A DNA stretch of 64,000 bases from Macrostomum lignano (lineage: Eukaryota): NCBI GenBank assembly GCA_002269645.1, contig NIVC01001148.1, positions 35,253-99,252 on the forward strand. The letters are read 5' to 3'. How positions within the stretch are numbered: position 1 is the stretch's first letter; each line of letters opens with the position of its first letter. Shown in pieces: positions 12,063 to 24,000 of this stretch. The notes beneath the pieces are model-generated. The model saw only the letters and a list, made by a program, of their open reading frames with translations. It was not told where the DNA came from and did not search any database. The translations under genes were made by a program, and so were the position numbers.

Positions 12063-15000
12063 ATTCTCTCTCTTCTCCCATCTCTCTTCTCCTCTCTACT
12101 CTCTCCCCTCTTCATTCTCCTACTTCCTCTTCTCTCTCCCTGTCTCTCCTCTCTCCTCTAGTCTCTGTAATCTCTTCTCTCTTATCTCTCCTCTGTTCTC
12201 TCTACTCTCCCATCTCTCGCCTGTTCATCTGCTCTCTCATCTGTCATCTTTACTCTCTTATACGTTCTCTCACTTATCTCCTCTGTACTCTTCTCTTTCA
12301 CCTCTTCTGACTCCTCTCTTTCCTTACTCCTTCTTTTCTCTTCCCTCTTCTATACTCTCTCTCCTCTATTATCTTCTCTCGTCTCTCTGCACTCTCCTCT
12401 CACCTTTTTCATCTCTCATCTCTTCTTTCATCTGTCTCATCTTTACAATCTCATCTCTTTCCTCTCTCCTCCTCTTCCCTTTACTCTCTCATCTCTCTTT
12501 TCTCCCCTCTTCTTTCACTACTCTCTTATCTCTATCTCTTCTCTTCTCACTCCCCTCTCCCCCTCTTATCTTCTCTCTTCTCTATCCTTTCTACTCTCTC
12601 CTCTCTAATCTTTCCTCTCCTCTTGACCCTCTGTCATCTTCTTTCTGCTCTCTCATCTCTACTCTCTTCTCAATCTTCTCTACTCTCCTCTCTCATCAAT
12701 CCTCTGTCTTATCTCTCCCCTCTTCTCACCTTTACTCTTTCCTCTCCTTCCTTTCTCCCCTCCTCTTGCTTCTTCCTCTCTTCTTCTCTGCTCTCTCCTC
12801 ACCACTTTTCCCTTTCACTCTCATCTGGCCTGCAGCCATGAGCTGGATTCTTTATCTGGCCTTTGAGATAAAAATCTGCCAATCCCTGCTTCGAAAGTAC
12901 TATCATGGGACGTAGTACTATCATGGTTGTTATCATTTCTCATGCTTTCATCACGTTATCTTTCTGGCCAATTAGCAGCCCTGAGAGGAATTTGTGTATC
13001 TCTATTCCCTAGCAGCTCCACCACCACAGTCTGCAGCAGTCTAACAACCAAGGAAATACGCATTTCTTAGAAGGCCATTTAAATTTTAAAGTTACCTTAT
13101 GCAAATCTTAATGTTAAAATTTTCATGGTGTAACTAATTTAGTAGGATTGCATTGTAATTAGTTATTCATTAATTTTTCGCTATTTTTATAAACTATCCC
13201 ACATCGCCTTGATTTGCCATCCTTGTTTAACTGCTGCGACTTGTCTATACAGAGGACAGTAGTTTGAATCTCTCGCTAAAAAAAATCCTCTCCACGCCTC
13301 TCCACTCGCGGGGGTACAGAGAAGGCTATTAAAAAGTTATTCCAAAACACTGTACATTCACTATGTACATTGAGCCCTATCGCCTGATCCTTTGTCTGGG
13401 GGAATGAGTTGGATGAGCGGCAAACAACAGAAAAAGCAGACAAACTTCACATGCTTACAGTTTCTGTCCTGATTGAGATACAGAGTTGAGACTTTACATG
13501 TAGGCAGAGCATGAGTCAATAAAGAATTGTGTCAAATTTGAAGTCAATTGCTTCACGTGGAGCAAAACTATGGCAGCCGAAAGTTAGTCATTTTAAAACC
13601 TATTCACACCCTTTGCCCAGATCGGGAAAGAGAGGCAGGCAGGCGGAGGTTGGGGTGGCTGCCTCGCTGAAAAAAACAGCCTAACTTTAAAAGTGCACAG
13701 CGGCTTTCAGGATTCACTTTGAGATTTGAAATTTTACACGATTGTGTCAAAATAGTTGAAAATTGTCTGTGTCAAATTTGAAGAGAATCGGTAGAAGTGG
13801 AGCAGCGCTATAGAGGATTAAGTGAAAAAATCGCGCATTTTGAGCAGTTTTTTGTACTTTTAGGCAGGAAGACTTGAGTCTAGGCAATTTAAAGGTAGCC
13901 TAAGACATTCTCTGTAGTAAGTTTAGGGTGGGTGTAAAATTTGGTGTCATTTGGTTGAGTGGTTTGGGAGTCCATAGTGATCAAAATTGTCCACACACAG
14001 ACAGAGTTTTGACTTTTATAGGTAGAGATAATATTATTAATATTAATGTTATTACTATTAACTTTACTGTACTATTTTTATTACTAATATTACTATGATT
14101 ATATACTGTACGACTATTATTATTAAATGAAGATTATTGAGAGCAAATGTAAAAAACATTGGGTAGTATTTAAATGTAGCAAAAAAGCAACATTAGGAAG
14201 CAAAGCAAGCAACAAAAACAGCCCTAAAAGAAATTGCAAGTAAATGTAACTTTTTGAGATTCCGCACCCCTGTCTAGAGTGTCAACTATACCTGATCAGA
14301 TTGTCATAAGTCATCGTGATAGCAAAGTTGTCAAATGACTACTAGAAGAAAGTAAGACCTGACTCTCAAAATGGCAAAGAAAATTTGCAACTCTGCTAAG
14401 TCTTCCAAGAAGAAGCAATTATGACTGGAGAGTATCAGGTATCACTTTAGAAATCAATCTGCCTACTGCAGAAGAAAATCAGTCTTGAAGCAATTCACAA
14501 TTGACAGCTCAAACAAGGGTAAGCAAAATTGCCCACTGAACAACTGGAGAACATGCAAATGCCAAAGACAGGCATTCAGTGTACTAAATATTTAAAAAAA
14601 CATTGTAACAGCCATTGCTAAAGAATACCTCAGCTTGTGAAGCATCTTTTTTGGTCTTTAATGTGTCTTTTTACAGCAAAGCATGCAGCAATGCAATGCA
14701 ATGCAGCAATGCAATTTTCATGCAGAAAGAGCACAGCTTCTGAAAAAACAGTTATGATTCAAACAGCAACATCAAACAGCATTCAATATATCTAGAAAAT
14801 GTGATAACAACCATTGCTAGGGAATATCTCAGCTTATGAAGCAGCTTTGTGTGTGTCTGATATGTCTTTTTAAAGTAGAGACATGCATAAAGCAGCTGTG
14901 CAATTTTCATTTAGAAAGAGCAGAGTGCAATGATGTAGTGGCTCCTCAAAAAACAACCATAAATAGTATTTGGTATATTGGGAAATGTTGTAACAACCAT

Positions 15001-18000
15001 TACTAGGGAATATCTCAGCTTGTGAAGCATCTTTGTATGTGTCTGATGTGTCTTGTTAAAGCAGAGACATGCGTAAAAAAGTCTAAAAAATTACACTGTC
15101 TAACGTACTAAATAGACAATTTTGTTAAACATTTACTGAACAATTTCTGAATGTCTATCTGAATGTCTGTCGGGAAACCAATACATAATATAAATTATAA
15201 ACTATAAAATACATTAAATGCATTAATAAACAAGAAAGAATAGCAATCTGCCAGTTTGTTACACAATATTATTCTCAAGTTTGAATTGGTGTTGCAACAT
15301 AATGACACATCAGAAAATGATGTCTATGGCCAAAAAGGATGGGAAATAGCACTGTTTAAGACATTCTGATTTCATTGGCTGTCTTCTAGACTACCCGATG
15401 GAGCTTGGGGGTGCTAGACAAACTGTAGAAGTTGACAAGTCCAAATTCATGCACTGTGCTATATTAGGTGTCGCATTATTATCCCCTGTAACCAGATCCT
15501 CTGTTTTCTACCCTCAACTGTTACTGTTACTTGTCTACTTCTATTTCGCATCCCTTTTGGCTATAGATATCGTTTTCTGATGTTTTATTACATTGAGACA
15601 CCATTTCAAACTTGAGAATAATATTGCAAAAAAACTGGAAGATTGCCAAAAGAATTGAAGCCAGAGCAGCTATGCAAAGCAAATGGGCAACTAGATATAT
15701 ATAAGCTTTTGTCACAGTATAGCCAATTTCTTGCTAAGGCACTATACCCATTTTTGCCACCTGGCTATATAGAATACAATAAAAAGACATTTCTATTTTT
15801 TAATCATTGAATTATAGCCATATAGGCCACCCTTTATATATATTTTCTATTGATTATAGATTAGTCAAGAATATGGCCTTTTTCACAGAAAGTTCTGATG
15901 CAAAAAGGGATTAAACATGCACTGCACTGGCATATTCTAGTACAGCCTAATAATAGGCAAGGCAAAAATCTAGCTCAATATAGAGACTTCTTGAACTTTA
16001 GGTACATAAAATAGTTGTAGTTTTTATAGGATCATAATTTTGTCTCTATAGGGGTTTTTGATCAAGGCATAGGGAATGGGGGGTTTAAGGTGGGGAAAAT
16101 CTTCATGGAGATTGATTTTATATACCTAAACTTCAATAGAGGTATGGGGGTCTATTGTAGATTAGGTTGATAAATTTGAAGACTAAGTGTCCAAGGGGAA
16201 AATTGTAATGCAGCTTAAATTAAAAATTCAGGAAGTTATCAAACATCTCCATGGAGAAAAAATTAGAATCTTATCAACCTAATTGATATCAGCAGCTGTA
16301 GTTACCTTTTAAAATAGAGACAACAATGCAAATTAATAGAAATTAAGTATAGGTAAACAAGTAAAGAATGTACAGCTAGTCAGAACCATGAGAGAATGAC
16401 AGCAAATTAAAAGCAGGAGGTGAGGGCAGTGGCAAACCATGAATCAGCATTTTAAAAAAACACTAATTTGACATGGCACTTTCACTGCATTATAACAAAC
16501 TAAGTAAAGAAAAATTAGAATAGACACTCTTTTTATTGGAGTTAAAATCTAGCCCTCTTAATGCTTTTTAGAATGAATTTATTAAACTGTGGAAAATATT
16601 TACCATCAAGTCATTATTCTAAGAAAAGTTTAATTTTCAAACATACAATTCTTCAAAACTAATATAGAGGATAAACAAATTGAGCTCCTGTTAACTTTGA
16701 AGATATTTTTGCAGTTTTCTTTGCTTTATTTTCATTTTGGACAGCCTCCGAGATTGGCCAAAGTTTTAGAAAAATTGGAAGTTCAAGTTCAAGAAGTCCC
16801 AATATAGTGCAAAACAAAAAATTGGCATAATTTGTTGTAAGATAAAATCTTTTAGCAAGACAAAATTTTCACAGATAAAAAATAGTATATAATTTCTTTT
16901 TATTAGCACTTTTTTGTTCACTAGTATATTGATAGCATATTTAATTAAAATATATTAACATAGAATTTTCTATAAAACATTTAAATATAAGTTTTTACCA
17001 GTATTTTTTAAATGGAAAATATATATATGCAGTTGTTTAAATAGATACATTTGATGATATCTATTTGTATATTATATACTAAAAGAACTATATATAGTTA
17101 TATATATAAATAAATATAGTCAACATATACTTATAAGTACAAAAGTTTAAAAAATTAAAAAAGCTAAGCTAAGATTTGTTTGTTTTATTTGTATCTCCTA
17201 TCAGAATGACTATTGTCATTGCTTATTGCTAGATTATCTTATCACCAATTCATTAGAAGCCATAACAAAGTTAAGAACTCTTTTAATTATGCAATTTGTT
17301 ATCTAATATCTTTTATCTAAGCATCTAGAGTTCCGCTGTAACCAAAATTTCTGCTATAGCTTTATCTTGAAAATTTTTTCATAGCCTATCTATATCTATA
17401 TATATATCCATAGCTAGAAAACTTTCTGTAACAATTGTAAAATGCTGAGACCTAGACCTTTATAGATACCTTGGAGAGATAGCTAGACACTATATATGTA
17501 GCCATGCTATGTGTGGCATTTGGATTTGCACATCAGTCTAAACAGTAAAACCAATACCAGGTTCTACATAAGAGTGCACCTGATGTAGCCTTCTGACCTA
17601 TTGTGCAAGCAACAATTTCAACTAGCTGGCCACATCATCCAGTTAGAGCTCCATTGCCCTAAGCCATTCCATGATATTCCCTCTTCCCTTTCTTCTCTTC
17701 TATCCCCTATTTCCTCTCCTCTATTCTTTCCCTTCTCTTCTGCCCTCTTTTCCCTTCTCTTCTGCCCTCTTTTCCCTTCTCTTTTCCTCTTTCTCCTATC
17801 TCCCCTATTCCTCTCCCCTCCTTCCCCTTCTCACTACCTTCTCCCTCTTTCCTCTCCTTTCTCTCATTTTTTCATATTGTTTAGGTAACTAAAGTAACAA
17901 AATCACCAATTCTTACCTATTTATCAATTGGTTTCCAAGAAGCTCTTTGCAATCTAGTCTTCTTTGATAGTGATGATAGATGCTAGTGGCTTCCCTATTG

Positions 18001-21000
18001 GCTTTATTCATCATAACTTAAGCCCTCACTATCCCAACCATAATGTGTATATAGTGTCAAAAATTTGTTGTTTTGAGTTCTTGACCCCAGGGACTTACTA
18101 AAAACTAAGGCCCCAGGCTCCAAACTAAAAATTTGTACTGAAAGTGAAACATATCTCAACTTTAACCCTCCCCCCTCCCTCTATTTCAACTTCAATATAT
18201 GTGTAGTGACAAACATTTCTGTCTTTATTGCTTGAGTTCCTGATTCTAAGAACTTAAAAGCTCCCTTTGGCCCTCACATTGATTGTGAAAATATTCATCT
18301 TAACTTTAGCCTCCTACCACTCAACTACAATGTGCATGTGGCTTTAAATCTTTGTTGCTAAGTCCCCAAATCCATGCAGACTTAACAGCTCCCCTTTGAA
18401 ACTGAAAACATTCATCTTAACTTTAGCTCCTACTACCCAACTATAGCATAGCATAGAGATGGTATTGACAATATGTTTTGTGCATATTCAATTTAGCATT
18501 ACTAGCCTTGTTTTCTGTTAACATAGATGGTTTGCAGAAAAACAAAAATGATAGAAAGTGTGTATTAGATTTGACTTATATCTTTCTAAACATAGCCTAT
18601 CTATTTGGTTTAGACATTTTGATGTTGATTGAGACTCCATGTCTCTTTAATTTGATATCTCTTTTGTTTCCTGGATTTTTTTCAGTTTGATGGGGTATCG
18701 CATTATTAATTCAAGTCATTATTTTCAAAAATCAAGTCATTATTTTCAAAATTCAAGTCATTATTTCCGCCTTCAAGTCATTTGTTACTAAGAGTTTTAG
18801 TCCTAGGATTTTAGAGTATTAAGATTATCGAATCCTTATTCTTTGATTTCTACGAGTATGAAAACCAGACTTAGTTTTGTCAGGGAGTGGGAGACTATAT
18901 TGTTGTGTTCACAAGTTCTTTATCTTTATTTTTTTCCAAGCATAATTAGACTGCTAAAATCAAATGAGACAATTAGTGCTGGCGTCCCTGGCGCTGGTGC
19001 CCCTGGCACTGGCACCAATAGTGCTACAAAGCACGATAACTGAATATACAATAAAGGAGTGAGGTTAAGTTGAAATAGGTAGCCAGAGAGATACGAGCTA
19101 TTCCTTAATGGTAGTTGTCCTTTTTTTATAAAATATTAAACACCCAATACAGAACTGCGCGTCCAACTGGCTGAACAGCAACGGCTGATCGACAATCGAA
19201 TTGAGTGGGAAAGCGCTATGCTTCTCGAGCTCAACGAGTTTTACCGCCGTCGCGCTGAAATTGAGGAGCAGTACTCGAAGGACTTGAAAAAGCTTTTTCA
19301 GTCCAGGGTTGAGAAGCTGCGCCTACTGGAGCGCACACGCTGTGTTTCTGGTGCTGATGCGTACTCTCTTTTTAAATTCTACAACACTGTGTTGGGAATA
19401 ACTCACAGTCAGAGTGCCAATCACAGCGTGGTCGCCAAGATATTCAGCACTAAAATTGCCCCTCGATTTATAGACATACGTGACAACTCTGCAAAGCTGC
19501 TTTCAAAGTGCCATGAGATGTGCGCTGCTAGTCAGGAAGAGCTGCTTGACAATTCCAAGCAGGTTGTACAGGCGCTCAAGAATTATCAGATCGCGCGGTC
19601 GCACGCAGCCCAGGCTGAAGCCAAGCTAACGGCTGTTCGAGATGAACGGCGACGCATTGAGGAGGCCAGCGGAGTTAGCAGCAGTGGAGGCGCTGCCTGC
19701 GGGCCACAGGATAAACGGCTGAAGCAGGTGATTTTCTTATAGTTGTATTTGTTAGACTGTGAACCGGACTTTTGTATTCGTAATTGTCAATTATGATTTG
19801 TGTGAGCCGCAAACTGCTTAAATAGCTGGTTGCTTCGTAAGGAGTACGGAAATCGCATGTGACAAACACTGAGCTGCATATTACTGCCATTTGATCCCAT
19901 TTTATTTTACTAATGATTGTGGTTGTGATCCAACCTCGGGGCGGCACTTTCTTATAATAAATCTGCCATGAGATGGACGACCTGTGAAACTTTTCGGCTG
20001 TCTAAATTCGATAATTGTCTGGGTAGAAGCCTACGTGCAGTTTGGATTCTAACTAGGCCTTGGCTTGTCACAGCTCTTTCGTTTTGATCTTAGCTAGTTA
20101 AACAGCATGCTCTATCTAAAGGCAAAACTATGGCGAGGTTAAACTTGTAATATTTATCTTTTATTAAATCATTTGCTATGGCTGTTAGAAAACATAAGTA
20201 ATGCTGTACAGGTCTGTTTGGCACTGTTCAGAAGCAGAAAATTATTTATCCACAGCCTCATCGTGTTTATCATGCAACTTCTTTGCGCGCTGTCCTGTGT
20301 CCATGGCTGTATTTCATATTTCTCTATTGGCTTGACTTCTTGCCAGGCCATTATTTCCTTGCTAGTGCTGTATGCTACGCATTTGCTGCCGCTGACTTGG
20401 AATTATCGCAAGAAAAGCCTGCAGTGCACTGAAAATCACTCGTTCCGTTATCAATACGGATACCATTTCATGCAGGGTCAAATATTTGAAATTAAGTTTG
20501 CTATTGTTTTATGCAGTCGCCAGCTTCAAGTATGCTCTTTTGATAGAGGGCCCGTAAAAGTCACATTGTTCGATCAAATAGCCGCCCGTTGAGTCTAGTT
20601 CTGGCGGTGCCCTCTCCCTCCTGTATGTTCTCGAGTAGTTGTCACCTTATCGAATTGATGAAGTTGCACCGGGTTTCTTAAGCTTCGTTAGAGTTTGTTG
20701 AGAGGCGAGAGATAATCTATTTTTGCATGATCGGCCTAATTGATTTTGTTGCAAATCAGTAAGCTGCACTGCCGCTGCTCACTTTTCGCAAACGCAGGTT
20801 GACAAGAACATCGAAAAACGGCGAGACAAGCATGAGGTGACGCACCAGAAGGCACTGCGCGAGCGCAACGAATACTTGCTGCAATTGGAGAGCGCAAACG
20901 CCTGCATTCGCAGGTACTTTTCTGACGATCTTTCAGATATTCTGGACTGTCTGGCCTGTGGCTTTCATAATTCGCTGGCTCGGGCCGCAATGATGCACCT

Positions 21001-24000
21001 TAACACCGAGGAAACACTCAAGCAACGGCAGGAAGGCTTCGTTCGATACTTCATGAATACCATGAATCAGCTGGATGCAAAGTGAGTTGAAGTTGTTTAT
21101 TTACTTTTGTGCTATTTTAGACTTATCACTCACCCCAATTTAATGTTGCAAAGTTTGTTCAGTCACAATCTATTTTAAGAGTGAAAACACTTTCATACTG
21201 AATAGAAATAGAATATGCTACTAAAGTACATGCACTTATCAGATCAGAAATCTTTGCTATATTATTCTTTTTGCTTTATAAATTCAGGCAGGACAAGCTC
21301 CACTTCCTTCAGTCATCTAAGTCAGTATTCACGGAGCCAAAGGCTTTTCAATTTGAAGCTCACAAGAGCGATCCAGTGAGTCACGTGTGTGCGAGCCAAC
21401 CAGACGTGCTCAAGGAGCTAGAAGAGCGCTATTCAAACCTGCGCAATCGCATCAAGGACACCAGCGTAGAAGCGGACGAACTGTGGAAAACTCTTGAAGC
21501 TGCTGAGCAGTCCTGGCTGATCCACATCAATGTACCGGATTTTTATGTCCATGACATGTTCAGTCGGTCGGCAAAAGAGGCGGGTAAGTATTGAAACAGT
21601 TTTGTAATTTGGACAAGCTTCTTAAAATTTTCATATTTGCTAATTTGCACACAGTGCATTTTTAGCTTATAAACTTAAACATGAAATTAACTTTAGGTTG
21701 CAGTAATAACAGTAGAACTGCTTACAAGTTTTTCTGACTCTTGTCATCCATCTGCACATATATTGAACTGAGCTGGGGATTAGTTAACTCATGAAAGAGG
21801 GTGGAGTTCTTTATGCACAGCCAGACACTGCAATACAGAATTCTGATAATCGCCATGTAGAAGGCCATGTTGCACCCTCTAGTTGGGTCTCCTGGATGTC
21901 TTTATCCTCAGTTGCGGCTGGAGCTTTGGACTGCGGCCAGTCGGGTCAGCAGCAGCCGGTACAGGAAAATGATAAGAAACGGGCCTGGGAGAATGGCGAG
22001 TTTTATCTATCAAAGTTTGACGAGTATCTGCGCAAGAACGGCCATTTGACCCGGCTTCATGCCAAGGCTGGCGCCATTTCGCGCTCACTGAGCCAGGAGC
22101 GCGGCTCAGCACCGCCGCCGCTACCTACGAAGCCGCGCCGCAAGTCAATCATCCGAGTCAACGCTCAGCTAATTGGCGGCGGCCGGCCGCGCCTTTTTGG
22201 GGGTTCAGTGGAAGATCAAGTAGAGATGCCAGTTGTGGTGCTTTCCTGTGTGCGCCTCATCAACCAGTTTGGCCTGTTTCATCAAGGTGTTTTCCGGTGA
22301 GCAAAATATATGATGGGCATTGGCCCATGTTGGCATTGGTTTTTTAGCTTGCGAAATCAGAAAATAAACACTTTCAGATAGCTGCAGCCAACATTATTTT
22401 AATTTGCAGTGTTCCGGGCTCCCAGTCGGATGTCAACCGGCTCAAGGAGGCCTTCGAGCGCGGCGAGGATCCATTTGCAGGAGCTGTTGACGGTCGCGAT
22501 GTGAATGCTGCGGCTGGTGTGTTAAAATGCTATCTGCGCGACCTGGAAGAGCCGGTCTTTCCTCAACGTCTGTTCGAGGACCTCATGGACTGTGTAAAGA
22601 AGGATAGTGTCACTGAATCTATCGTTCGTCTGCGGGAAATCTTTCTGCATCTTTCACCTAGCTGCTACAGAGTTCTCAGGTCTGTAACTTTCAATGCTAC
22701 TTAATTAACTCGAACATGGTTCGTACATAGTCCAGAGACTCGCATTTAATGCTTCTTTCTAAAAAAACGCGCGAATTCAAAACCTAGTATCTGGCTTACC
22801 AGCTGTGTCCCTAAATCGTTTTCCATAAAGGAATACGCTCGTAAATTCAACCGAAATATATTCGGTTGATTGTCAGTGTCAGACAGAAAGGTTTGCAATT
22901 TCTCTGGCGCGTCAGAACACGCTAAGTGTCCGGCACAAGTGTTAGTCAGTACGAGGGTGGGGGGGTTCAATAAGTTTCCGGGTGCACAAATTGGGAAGGT
23001 GATGTACACAATTTGCATAGTAGGTATTATGTACATTATCTTGTGATTATATTTGTGCAATTTCAAATAAATTTACTCTATAAAGCCTGTGCTGCGCACA
23101 CGAAAAGTTAGCATACCCCCTAACACTGAGAATTCACAATGGAGCTCAACACTGGAGAGCAATGATTTATTAGGACTAAAAAAGTGATCTAGGGCGTCAG
23201 GGAAGCTTTGAGGGACTTCAAGCGGCTTTCGGCAATAAAGCACCTTCCAGGACCACAGTTTTTGAGCGGTTTTCCGAATTTCGACGTGGTCGTGGCCGGC
23301 CCACCTCCGCAGCAAGGGAAGAGTTGCTGCCATAACTGAGGATGATGCTGTGGCCCACATAAAGATAGATGCGGGCATCTTATCGGGAACTAACCTGCAC
23401 TCAAGGCTCAACCTGAGCAAGATTTTTGCACACTGGGTGCCTCCTCACCTGATGGAGGAGCAAAAGAAGGCTCGGTTGGCTTGGTGCCATACCATGCTCG
23501 ACAGATTCGATGGTGGCCGCTCAAACTCGGTCAGGGAAATTGTCAGTGGTGACGAACCCTAGATCTACCTCGTATAGTTTCGACCCAAAGACTAAGCAGT
23601 AGTCAGCCCAGTGAACACCAGTTGGAAGCGTCCCACTATTGAAGCTGCAGCGAAAACGCAAAGCAGATATTGGCCATTCTTGTGCCGAAAGCTGGTCATC
23701 TAGCGACCGTGCCACTTGTCCAGCAGAGCACAGTCACTGGCAGTTGGTATACCAATTGCTGTCTGCCAGAAGTGCTGAGTACTCTCTCCAGTCGTCGCCC
23801 AAAGAAAGGAGCTCGATATGCTTCTTGATCACAACACCCAACCCACAAGTCCAGGCAAGTGGGCGAATTTCTGGCTATAGAAAACATCACGAGCTCGCCA
23901 TCAACCCTACAGCGCATACCTGGTCCCCTGCGACTTCTTTATGTTTCCGCAAATCAAGCAGATGTGTGGAATTCGCTATTCATCGCCGGAAGCTGCAGTC

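Larger units (their letters stand above)
10723..15186. mobile_element. Foldback-like structure: inverted arms of about 650 and 610 bp (10723-11374; 14579-15186), each built from ~200-bp subrepeats
   Basis: The reverse complement of the right arm aligns to the left arm from ATGTATTGGTTTCC to AAATATTTAGTACAC. The subrepeat CTTCACAAGCTGAGATATTCCCTAGCAATGG recurs three times per arm. No TSD was found. Confidence 0.75.

Noticed and set aside
11569-12915. 448-aa Leu/Ser/Phe-rich ORF (and similar ORFs at 17601, 49352, 49462)
   Set aside because: These are translation artefacts of CT-rich tracts, which cannot easily contain stop codons.
18964-19062. Short ORF MRQLVLASL...TEYTIKE as srGAP exon 1
   Set aside because: It has no phase-1 donor. 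The exon at 10310 fits both phase and sequence.
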